Part shown: positions 13,101 to 24,481 of the stretch, piece after piece | How positions within the stretch are numbered: the stretch's first letter is position 1 | Layout of the letters: every line of letters begins with the position of its first letter | Assembly (NCBI RefSeq): GCF_963853765.1 | Contig: NC_088857.1 | Span: 19,592,001 to 19,656,000, forward strand | Direction of reading: 5' to 3' | Origin: Magallana gigas | Taxonomy: Eukaryota | DNA length: 64,000 nucleotides | Made by a program: the position numbers and the translations under genes | Notes under the pieces: model-generated | Database searches by the model: none | What the model was told of the DNA's origin: nothing | The model's input: the letters and a program-made list of their open reading frames with translations, nothing else

Positions 13101-16100
13101 GAGGTGGACTGTAGCCAAATCTTGACACTACCAATGTGGAACTCTGCATTGATGTCATCAACAAATGGATCCTTGTCCTGAAATAATAAACCAGTTAAAT
13201 GTGAAAAAGCATCCATAAGTTTTCCTTATCTGTTTCTACATAAGTTTAACACAGACTTATTTTCATTTTGTATAGAATTCATCTAGTATATCTTGTACTC
13301 ACAGGGGGCAAGTCCCAGGGGTCATCTCCATCCAAGAAATCATTGTACATCTCCTGCATAACGTACTTCCTGTTCATGAATTTGACCTTGGGCCATATCC
13401 ACTCGTGTTTGGTTTCAATGTTGGTGGCCTTAATCATGACTTCCGTTCTACCCGTCTGTTCCCCTCGGGCCTCAGGGGAGACAATCATGGACTCAAACTT
13501 CATCTTCTTGTCCAGCTCCTGACTTATTGCATTGGCTTCCTCCACAGCTGGCATGATCTCCAACATGTCTTCTTGAAGCAAGGCATCCTCTACAAATCGA
13601 ACATTCATTGGTTAAACAAGTCTTTCTCCTCAACATTCTGAAGTCTTTTGGAAATGGATTATATTGCTGATAAATAGCAGTCACTTTGTGATGACCAAAT
13701 ATGAACTCAATTACTGTATAAAATAATTGTTACAAAAAAAGAAAGGAAATTGTAGCTAAGGAATCATTTATCAATATATACTGGTATTCATTATAGAAAA
13801 TGATAAACAGAACCTGCTGTTATTGCTAATATCATTTTTTCTGAGTTTAGAAGAGGATTCATTGCTAGCTACACACCTCTTGATTTGTTCTCTCCACTCA
13901 TGTCAAATCCAGACTTTTTGGCCACCTCTTCTTGAGCCATCTCAAATGTTACTTCAGGGAACTTCTGCTTGGAGGCATCTCTTTCTTTGGGATTCACAAA
14001 GACAAAGTATTGGGTGGTTCCAAAGATCAGTCTGTAAAAGAAATAAACAATCCAAATCTTACTGATGAAACATCCTGGTAAAGCAATTAAACGACAAAAT
14101 CTCTTGTTTTAATCTCAATTACAAATAAATGACGATTTCTTAAAAAATTAATATATATAAATTAAGTAAGGTGCAATGTAATTGTTTAAAATTTAAATAA
14201 TGCAACATTTGGTTGATGAATTTCTTGTCATCACTCTGTGAATCCTTTTGTAGAGGTGATCTTTACCTGTCGTTGTGGTTGAGGGCTTGTTTGGCGACAA
14301 CAGCCTTTCCATTCTGCAGCAGACGGTTCGTGACCTCACAGGGTTCAATTGTGAACTTTCCACCATCATCCTTAATGATTGCATGTTTGCCCGCCACACT
14401 GAAAATCACAAATAATGAAATAAAATACATGTTATATTAGATTAATTGTTCTAAAACCTGATCATAATTTTGTTGTATATTCTTCATACTGAATGTTATT
14501 TGATAATTTTTTTTTTTAATAAACAGTTATTTGTGGGGCTCTAAGTTTGAGATTCATGCTAAGTATATATACATGGACGGTAAATTCCTTACTTTATGCG
14601 AGTACTTATTTTTGCTTGTTACATTCAAATTGCGAGTATATAAAATCACGAGCACCATTTTTTAAAATTATCTAAAATAGTTCTAACTGTCTGAAAAATA
14701 ACAGTGAGATTTTAAAATACACGAGGGCTGCTCCTCACGAGGGCTGCTCCTCACAACTTTACGCGAATAATATCTCTTCGTGTTTAATAAGGAATCTACA
14801 GTAATTGAAGAAAAGTTGGACAAGACTTAGGCCATTGATACCTAGCTACAATTATGCATTTCTAGCAGAATATTTCTACATGGTCACATCTAATTTGAAC
14901 ATGCTTTTACAATAATCAAGGAGCAAGCAATCAATTACATTTGGTCACATTATACAAGCTAGATGTATTGTCAACTATGATATGAAAATTTTGTATTTTA
15001 TGATGTAAACACATGAAAAATATATTCTATATACAAAATGTATGCATCTACCATTATGTAATAGCTTTATTCAACAAAATCACTCTTATGGAAATGCATT
15101 CATACATAATGTCAATGGAAATATATATACATGTATATACATAGCTAATCTATATGTACTTCAAACAAGAAACATCGGCACTTACTATTCTATTTGATCT
15201 GTAATATCATATTTAATATTATCAATAAGTCATTCACAGTTTTATATTTGGCATTCAACAGCTCATATACAGAAGTTCAATGAACTATCTAAGGTTGATT
15301 TACTCTCTCTTTCTCCTCTCTCCCGCTCGCTCTCTCTCTCTCTCTCTCATCTTCCAATAAGCATAGTATCTGTGAATAATAATCCAACTCAATAACTTTC
15401 TATTCTATGATTTCAATCAGAAGTTTAATGCAATATTGATACCTTGGTCCTTTAAACACAATGTCTCCCTCTGCTCCCAAACACACTTCTGGGGCCTCTA
15501 TAAAGTGGACAATGTGACCTGACAACTGAGGGTCAAGGTTCAAGTTTGATAGATGGGGCACTGTCTTCTTCTTCTCAGCAATGGCAGCAAAGTCAGCACC
15601 TCCTCCTCCCTTCATTTTCAGAAAAAAGACTTTATTTTAAAACAAGTAAGGGGCATACATGTAGGACAAAACTATTCATCTCTTAAATCAAATCAGCAGT
15701 TGATAACGCACGTTATCCGTCTGAATTACAAATTAATGATTAAAGAATTTGAAATTTCTGATGTAGAAAATATCAGTGTGACAAAGTTATTGTCTAACAA
15801 TTTCATAACTACCATATATAGGCAATCGAAATTACCCCTTTCTGTTCAGCCTCTTTCAATTTCTCCTCAAAAGTTTTCTTCATATCTTCCATTTCCTGGG
15901 CATTCTTGTCCAGAATTGACTGATACTGGTCCTCCAGTTCTTCTTTAATCTGCTTTCTCTCTGCATAGAAAAATTTGAATAAATTAAAAAAATGATAATC
16001 AACAAAATGAGCCAGAAAAAAAGAGACATATCCAAAGATATTACCGGTAGAGATGCATAGAGTGAGAGATTGCAATTCATTATACTAGTATCTTTACAAG

Positions 16101-19100
16101 AAACCATTATTTATGATGTCGACTTTCAACTGCATGTCTTAAACGAGGATTCAAATTCTAATGATTCCATAGGATACATACTGTTTACAGTTCATAAAAT
16201 GGAAATACATCTGTAGATTACCTTCATCAGTCAAATCATCGTCTTCCTCCCCAGCAACCATCTCCAGATTCCCAGAGGCTAACATGGCCTTCAATTTCTC
16301 GTTCTCCTCCTGTAGTTCACGAATCAGCTTCTCTGTGGGGTCCTCATTGACGGAGGCACTGTTCTTGATCTGCTTGGCTCGGTCAGCATACCTCAGGGTG
16401 GAGAGGGTCTCGTCGAAGTTGATGTCGGCGGGGGACAGGGCAGCAATCATGATGGTCTTGCTGTTCCCCCCCAAAGCATTCTTCAGTAGTTTGGTCAGTA
16501 CAGAGTCTCTGTAGGGAACTGAAATTGAAGATAATGGCATTTAAACTTCTCTATAAGTAGAAATGTACAAGTTACAGGTAATCTGAAAAGAACAAAGAAA
16601 GGTGCAAGATAACAGAGATGTATTTGTGATCTGTACATCTTACTTAGGAGGGATTTTATATATTGTATTTATCAAGAGAGAAATTTTAACTTCAACTATC
16701 AATTAAAAAAAGAGTTTTTAACCTCATGTATTTTTTTTTCAAAAAGAAGTTTCTACCTGGGCTAATTATCAAGAGAGGGGTTTTTAAAATTCTTAAGTAT
16801 TTAACAGGATAGGCATTTTTACCTCGGGTATTTTTTCCGGAGGACCTGTCTGCCAGGGCAGCGATGACGTTACCCAGACAGGACAAAGACTGGTTAATGG
16901 CGGCACCCTCCTTCAAACGGTCACCAGTGGCTCCTGTGCTGTCAGCTCTCTCACTGAAATAGCATCAATGGCAACCTTTATTCAGTGAATACCACAAGTA
17001 GATTTTATTTGTAAAATGTTAAAAAAAAACTCCCTAGGTGGATCCTACTTGCTTAATATGAACATGAAAAATCAAAATAGTTGACATTTAATTTCTCTTG
17101 CTGCTAAATTAATTAATGTTATTTCCAATTTGAAAAGGAGAGTAACTTAATTTTTGAATTTTAATTTGTCTTTTGGAGAATTGATCTTATTTGCTAAAAT
17201 CTTGACCAAGATGTTACAAATAAAAATTTCTTTCTTCTGTATAATTTTTAATATTATTCATGCATTCATTATCTGCTGTACCTGCCAGCCAAATCCACTA
17301 GGTTAGTAACAGCTGTTTTAGTGGTGTCTTCTCCTGCAGCATTCTGGAATTTCTGGGTGAAAGTAATTCCAACAATGGTGTGGGCTCGACTGAAATGAGA
17401 AACAAAATGAAGTTTAATGAACTCTGACCAAGAACTTTAATAATTTGAAAGAACATTGGCTTCGCTTGTGCAACTGACACCTTTTTATTTGTTAATACAG
17501 GTAAGAAAACCAAAATACTGAATAGGGATATAATACTGTGCACTATCTGGGTTGGTTGGATTCACTCACCTGCTGGTGGCATTCATGTTTGTGGAGGCTA
17601 CAGTTCTGTTCTGAGTCCCCTCCTCCATTCTCTGCTCAATGTCAGAATAGTTACTGACAGGTACAATTTTCAGTCCATCAGCTGTAATATACAAATAGGG
17701 AGATGCAAAAACCTCCTAATTCTCTCTCTCTCTCCTCTTTCTCCTCTCTCTCTGAATGGATTACACTATATAGCTGCATACACTTTTTGCATATTCATTT
17801 AATTCCTTTCACTTTATTTGAACAAAGTCTGTGAATAACTCATTTTATATCAATTTTTATTATTTGTTTACCATAAAATCCTAGCTTGGGATGCTGTCGG
17901 ACCTTCAAACCACTTTTCTTTCGTGAACCATCCAAAAGGTCACGAACTTGTTCATTGTAGATTTCCAACATGCTGAATGTAATCTATCACCAAAAGACAG
18001 AGCAAATTAAAACTAAATTTGCACTTCATCTATTCCATTATTTTTAATTAAAGTTTCTCCAAAAAATGAAGTCTTCTTTTACACAAAAGGACACTAGGGG
18101 TTGGGATGGAATTATAGATACCTCAAACTCAGTCTTATCTCCTTCTGCCTTCTTTGCTTCAATTTGTTTGAAGACATCATCACAGAACAAGGGCACAATA
18201 CCTGTACATCAAATGATTTAAAATTAAAATACTGGTACAGGTACATTAAAAGATTGCAGATGTCAATGAAACAGAAATGATATCTCATAAAAAATCTAGT
18301 TTTGTTTGCAACTTGTGCTGCAATATACACAAGTCTGCAGTATTTCCAATTAATTATAGATATTGAATGTACAGAATTTTTTTTAATTTTATACTAAAAA
18401 ACTTGATACCCATAAATTGCAATTACTGTTAATCATGAATTAATCAATAATTAAATTATTAAAATTAAATTTAGTAAACTCAATTTGACAATTTAAAGTT
18501 CACTTTGAAGGTGATCATGCAATGAAAATGCTGTTTTCAACAAATTGGTTTGCATTTTTTTCACATTTTCTCAAATAAGATAGCTTTGATTTTAAAAAGA
18601 TATATTTTTTTAATTAATTTATACCGGTAATTGCCATATGTTTACCTTTGTTGATTCCATATCCAACCACTGACCAACTTTTCCCGGATCCAGTTTGTCC
18701 GTAAGCAAATAATGTGCTGTTATATCCTTCCCACGCATTTTTCAACACAGCTACGCCTAATGCATCATACACTTTTTTCTATAAAAAAAAATACATATTA
18801 ACAATGACATGCTTTCTTTGTAGATTCTCGTTGTGTATATACATGTACATTGTATGTATAATTGCATAAATGTTTATAATTGATTCACACCTGGTCAGCA
18901 AATTTTTTGCCATTTGGATGGGAGGAATCAGGGCCATAGTATCCATTACTCTCTTCTTTGCTTCCATCATGAGACCAGAAGCTGTAATCAAATGTGAATT
19001 TTCGTGGTTCATCGCTTCCAGAGGGGTCTGAAATCTGGGTTGTCGCCCCATTCATTTCAATGATAAGCGTGGCATTTCTCTCCCTTTCACGTCGATTGTA

Positions 19101-19638
19101 AGCAGTGTTAAGGCGTAACTAATATTTGGGATAACTAGATTTTTATCAAAACATATTTGTAAGAAATTTGATGCATAACATTATATCAACATTCTGTAAT
19201 CCTCTGCCAAAATAAATATGCAACCAGTCGAGCAAATTCATGCTTTAAAAAAAAAAACTACAGTAAGTACTAAGGGGAATGGATTTTTATGCTTACATAC
19301 TTTGATTTACATGTACACCGATCATAAACTGCGTAACGCTGCATCCCTATTTTAATTATGATGCCACTTATTAATTTGAATATTCCGATAATAAAATAAT
19401 TATATATATGTGCAAACCGTAATTTAAGTCCTATAAATACATGTATTAAACTTTTGATATGCCGACTATCTACTATAAAGCTTATAATGGTACTAGTTAT
19501 TGAAAAATTACATAACCTCAATACACTTTAGCACTACTCCAGTACATATGCAACTGCAGGTCCAAGAAAACAAAATGAATGAATAAAGGATATGAAAGGT
19601 CGCACTCTGACGGCAACTCGGACGTTTTCCTCCGGCAT
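4172..19638 (-). CDS. KIF28: Kinesin-3 family motor, KIF28/KLP-6-like (motor, coiled coil, FHA, C2-like region, Ser/Lys-rich tail with CaaX), about 1065 aa
   Basis: 21 coding exons in transcript order: 19594-19638, 18891-19097, 18646-18778, 18122-18201, 17872-17983, 17570-17681, 17282-17389, 16823-16953, 16222-16518, 15836-15960, 15443-15609, 14267-14398, 13877-14031, 13303-13589, 13094-13177, 12875-12937, 12483-12626, 12164-12289, 11628-11861, 5443-5581, 4172-4488. Total 3198 nt, in frame. Motifs: [32 protein letters not shown]-loop [61 protein letters not shown]. Intron 1 is AT-AC and all others are GT-AG. Confidence 0.88.
4665..4872. mobile_element. MITE of about 210 bp (ACTGTATACAGGG...CCCTGTATA) in the last kinesin intron
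   Basis: Imperfect terminal inverted repeats and no coding capacity. A fragment of another MITE follows at about 4880-4957. Confidence 0.55.
5785..11371 (+). mobile_element. Large composite HINE/pearl-like element with internal tandem arrays and nested insertions, filling kinesin intron 19
   Basis: The 5' subterminal ATACCCGCAC (5810-5819) is the inverse of GTGCGGGTAT in the 3' hairpin ATACCCGAACTTTC-TTTA-GAAAGTGCGGGTAT (11338-11369). A (GACG/GACA)n tract lies at 11272-11320. There are diverged units of about 130-135 bp at about 9290-10340 and units of about 160 bp at about 10360-11200. That both ends belong to one element is inferred. Confidence 0.6.
6449..7685. mobile_element. Non-autonomous DNA transposon, 1237 bp, with GGGTG...CACCC TIRs
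   Basis: The left end GGGTGTTGCTAAAACGCGGAACGGAAAACGGAA mirrors the right end TTCCGTTTTCCGTTCCGCGTTTTAGCTACACCC. ATACAT flanks both sides (6443-6448 and 7686-7691). Confidence 0.85.
14577..14803. mobile_element. Tc1/mariner-type MITE of about 225 bp
   Basis: Ends are ACGGTAAATTCCTTA and TAAGGAATCTACAGTA. It belongs to the same family as 50324-50544, in the opposite orientation. Confidence 0.65.
19098..19593 (-). other. U12-type (minor spliceosome) AT-AC intron, 496 bp
   Basis: The 5' splice site ATATCCTTT starts at 19593, the branch site CCTTAAC is at 19113-19107 and the terminal AC is at 19099-19098. Splicing joins RPF to NRRE and restores the conserved kinesin RPFNxRE motif in frame. Confidence 0.92.
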
Positions 19639-20295
19639 GATGATCAAATTACAATTGCTTCTCCAACTTTTTAGTAATTGTTCACAAAAATATCACTTTA
19701 TCAATCAAAATAAGCCGGTGCACTGTTGATCATTCACAGAGCAGCCATACTTATTTCTCAGCTGTTAGTAAACGATTGATTGGTTGCTATAGTGCGCGTC
19801 ATTCTTCTTGGGGCCACGACGGGGTACCTGCTTCGAGTATTTCGCTGTGACGTATGAAAACTGATACGTCACAATAAGTCAAAACGTCAATGTCATATAA
19901 GACATGGCTGGGGGAGGGGGGGGGGGGGGGGTGTATGTGAATTTTTAATCAATATTTATAAACGTTCGCAATATTAAACAGATTAAAAGAGACTGTAGAG
20001 TGGAATATTCATGATAGATCTGTTACAAGACAGAACATTGGTTTTAACGGTTTTTGACGTGATATTTTACGTACACTTCTATTTATCATTTTTAATATGT
20101 GCAAATGTATTATTATAAAAGTTGTTCGCATGTTAAGTTTATTCCAATTATGGGTATGTTAGGCATATGAGTATAAAGGATCCAGAAATATAGTCTCATT
20201 ATAATATCACATATAATAAAACAATATCCACGCAAGGTACATGTACTATTATACATATGTACACTCAAAACAGGTAACGTGCGATAGTAAGTGTA

Positions 20296-20420
20296 CAATT
20301 CAATTCAATTTCAATTCAATTTCTTTATTAACCAATTAAGGGCCCTCAATGGGCAACATGAAGACTGTTGACATACAACATCCAATGAACATAAAACATT
20401 CAATAAACATATACAAGAGG
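20296..20420 (-). mobile_element. Probable 3' end of a truncated non-LTR retroelement
   Basis: The minus strand reads ...GAGGGCCCTTAATTGGTT-AATAAA-GA-(AATTG/ATTGA)n, a poly(A) signal followed by a short-repeat tail as seen in CR1/L2-type elements. No intact ORF was found. Confidence 0.4.
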
Positions 20421-21824
20421 GAAAGAGCTGGATGATTGAAAGAGCTAGGATGCGAGTTACTTCCACGTATGATATATATGCAGATACGTGTGAAAGTATC
20501 AATATCATATGATTGCGATATTCACAATTCCTTTCGAACAGGACTTCTACTATATGGAAAAATGTCGAGGCTATTTTTTGTGATAGTGCAATATTTATTA
20601 ATTATCAACAACACTTTAAGACACAGCGCACTAATTTACCAACATTAATCCCTTACTTTGCCCCAGTTTAGACCTAGGTATTAGTTTTGACGACGACGTA
20701 CACAAGTATTTCAAAATGAGCGTTAGAAGTTTACGCGTAATGACTTTTAAAAAGCTCTTTGTCACGACGAAATAGTCATGGGTATAATACAAGGTTGATC
20801 GATATATCATAATACTTAGCGTGATCTCCAAGATTTTATTAGATTCGTTTAATTAATTCGTGTGCATTATGTAACTTGGCGGAGTGAAGAATTAGATCGA
20901 AAAGAGCCCGGCAATGTGCCAATATATTTCCATTTAAAGATCAATCCACTTTTTCATATCGATGTATTCGGAAAAAAACATATGTAAAAAAGCTTTCAGT
21001 ATTAATAAATACGTCGTTCCAGCAAATTTCTAAAAGTATATTTACTAGTAATCAATACAACATCGCCTTCTCAACATATCAATTATATATCTAATACTTT
21101 ACGGTTTGCTTTATCGGCGGTTTATGTTTGTTTAGGCATAGCTTTTCAGGGCCGGAGCGTGGTTTATATTAAATTGCGGTTTATTATTTTTTTATGTTAG
21201 GGGGGGGGGGGGGGGGGTAGGGGGTGGGAGTAAGATGGGGTGACACTGACGTCGAAAATATTTCCAAAAGAAGAATGGGGGACTCTTGAGTATTTGAATG
21301 TCCCAATAAATTACATGCATCTTTGGAAACCAATTTGACTTTGAATATAATTGGGATTTGGCTGCGGATGTAGAAGCTAGGTTGTTTTTGTATTTTAATT
21401 TGATTCAGTTTCTAGCTTGATCTGCATTTTTTTTTTTGGAATAAAACAACAAACTAATTAAACAGGTTTATTTTCAAATTTAAAAGTGTATAAATCGTAT
21501 ATGTGTATGTAGAATATCAGCCACATGTTCCGTACACGTAATCTAAACATAGACTTCATGTGAGACTGGCGTGGTTTTCTGTCGATGGCATGCATATACG
21601 TCAGTTCTTTGGTATACGAAAATCAAACCATGCAAATATTCTGTAGACTGTATATTGTATGTTAAATGTGCATCACTCATTCAATTTTTAAGTCAATGCA
21701 ATTGCGGAAATTTTATATAAATATGAACCTTTTTAACGATCATATGCAATACATAGCACCCATCTAGGATAAAATAAAGTTTGTAAAAACGCTTATTCAT
21801 AAATACACCGAGTCTGTATTAGAT

Positions 21825-24036
21825 CTAACTAACGTTTTCTTTGATTTCAGCTCTATACGCCATCGCCTCCTCCTTTCCCGGTGGTCGATCCGCGCGGCCA
21901 ACATATGTTCCGCGGGCTTTAAAGTCGTATTTGGAATACATTGGTAGCTGGAGGACGTCTTGTCGAAAGTTTTTCATCAAGTAGCACCACATTTTCTCAC
22001 TTTTATCTTGAAATATGATTGGGATCTGACTGCGGGTGTAGAAGGTGGGGTGGGCTTCCAGGTCATCCAATATCTCCATCATTTTGTCGTTCACATTGTA
22101 CACCTCCCCCTCCACGTTCTGTCAATGAATATACATGTATAAAGGGTTGTTTTTGTATTATACATGTAATTTTAGTAACGTATGAAATCTAATCAATCAC
22201 AATTTGGGCAACAATGGGGAGATCAATTAATCAACAATGATGACATTACGACACTTAAATTTGAAATATAATGATGGACAAATACGAGGAACAGTTGAAG
22301 AAAAGATATCTAACCGAGTCAGATCATTCCATTGGTTATTGTTTCCTTCAAATTTCGATATATTTTTATAATAATTTGTACTCCTGCATATAACACAGTT
22401 ACATATAAATTCAAAACACTAATGAGGGATCAAGATCCATGTTTCCAAGAATTTGTCTGTCCCGAGGTATTAATTTATGCTGCACATTTTCTTGAATTAT
22501 TTGATATTTATATAATAAATTACCAGGTTCCAAACGATGTTCATGCCATAGTACGAAAAAAATCCCAATATTTCTCCTTTCTCTAAAAATTAAAAGTTAT
22601 AATGGGGATTTTGCATTGCATTAAAAATGAAAGTACCCGGATGATAACGCTAAAAATATTGTGCCAGATATATTCCGAGTGACTTCCGAATGGAGAAAAG
22701 ATGTCAAAATTTCCCATTATAAATCTCCGTATTACTATAAGAAATCTGTCTTCGTTCCTGTGAATTTTAACGAATGAAAACTAATAATCTGTCATTGAGG
22801 GTACCTTGGATATTTTCCCGTTCATCGATTTTAAATGCACTTCTTTCACGGGTAGGCCCCTATGTGTATTAAACTAATTTTTTTTTTCAAATGTGTTGCA
22901 TTTTTTGTTATACTGCCGATCACACTCTATTCAAAGCGGTCCGTGAATCATAATTTCAGACAATAAAAAGAGAAATCAAGCATCTGGTTGTAAAATTAAA
23001 AAATGTATATATTCCATGAAAGTAAAAGACGGTATGAGAAATTTCTAGAAATCATAAAATTCGGACAACACATGTACATGTGTCAGTTCGATTATATTTA
23101 TTATCACTGTATTCGATAGCCAATACGTTAATGACAGTTGTCGTTTGTTTTCTTTTTTATATAAAGTCGTGTATCTTTATATTTGACGCGGGAGACAGCT
23201 GGTTTCGCTATATAGCTATTTTTACCCAGATAGAGGGAGGGAGACAACTGGTTTTGCTAGGCTATTTTCCCCCGAGTCCCCGTCTTGTCTGTCAGTATTT
23301 TGAGGTCCTTGTTCAAATTAGGTTTTAGGATTGGGAGATTTTATGATTTTAAGTGCTTGGTATCAACTTGTTTGTTCTTATCCAATTGTTATGATAAGTT
23401 AATTATAAAGGGTTGTTAATCACTTTGAGTTTGGTTTATTATATCTGATTCATTTTAATTAAGAGTAAAGTCGTATTAAGAAATTAGTAAAGTTTAATTC
23501 TTAATATCGAGGTCAAATTCAGTCTAAAAACAAAAAATAAGCACATCGCGAGGTACTGACAAAAACCTATACGGCCCTGACATGCTACACTTGTAGTACA
23601 TATTACATAACTATGCCAGAATTCTTTCCCGATTTGATTCTTAACGTATGCCGTAGGTAAAATATGTTAAGTTATTTTCAAAGCATAATTCTAGACCCTT
23701 GCCATGGCATTAGGTTTTTATTCTTTAAAGACTAAGAGACTAAATTAAGCAGGACCTTAAGATTTTGTATTCTCTCATCCCTCTTTCTCCTAAAAAAATT
23801 TTTTACCACTTTTTACCATTTGGTCTACGTAAAGTGCCACTTACCACAGCATTTCGCGCATTAGGTGCATCCAACAAAAATGGTACATTGTACCGGGTTG
23901 TCACAATAAGAGGATACTTCGCCTCAGTAACTCCAACACCTTCCACTCGGCAATCCCCCGACTCGATCCCACCAGATATAAGGTGATGATTAGGCTGGCC
24001 CTTTTTCAAAGTCCCGTACACAAACACGCGCTGCAT
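21825..24036 (-). CDS. GGACT: Gamma-glutamylaminecyclotransferase, about 161 aa
   Basis: Exons 23845-24036 and 21825-22118 (GT-AG, phase 0). Motifs: RVFVYGTLKKGQPNH, YPLIV...YNVPFLL, NVEGEVY, LDDLEAHP (catalytic Glu position). An alternative in-frame ATG lies at 24054. Confidence 0.9.
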
Positions 24037-24481
24037 TTTTAGGACGATATTCATCTATGGCGGACAGTCCCGGACATAATTCTATAACATAATTATTCAA
24101 CGCAGGATGCCATGCGTTAAATAAAAATTCATGAATTGATCATAAATGTCGAGTAAAAATAAAGTAACCAAGGGAGACACGAATAGTAATGTTATAACTA
24201 GATAACATAAATTAGATAAGAAAATTCATTTTTTTTTTCACATTTCTACCAATATACACATTGTCTTAATTATCTTCATATAATCGCATTATACTTTATG
24301 TTTTTAGAAAGATACAAAAAGAAGAATTGCTATTTGCAATTTGTCATTGTAATAGAAATAAATCTATCGACAAAAATAAAAAATAAATGATAAAACTTCA
24401 TTTTTCGTTGATTAGCCTACTCCAAAATAAATCTTCATCGTAAGGGAAGTAACTCACTATTTTCGTATTTCCTCAACAAAA

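Noticed and set aside
13590-13684. In-frame stop just upstream of ORF 13279-13608 (MNVRF...)
   Set aside because: The stop is intronic. The acceptor TAG at 13592-13590 gives exon start 13589, in phase with the preceding exon.
19097-19140. Kinesin appears 5'-truncated or pseudogenic (KIF28P is a pseudogene in human)
   Set aside because: The AT-AC intron resolves the gap. All 21 exons splice in frame with an intact P-loop and switch motifs.
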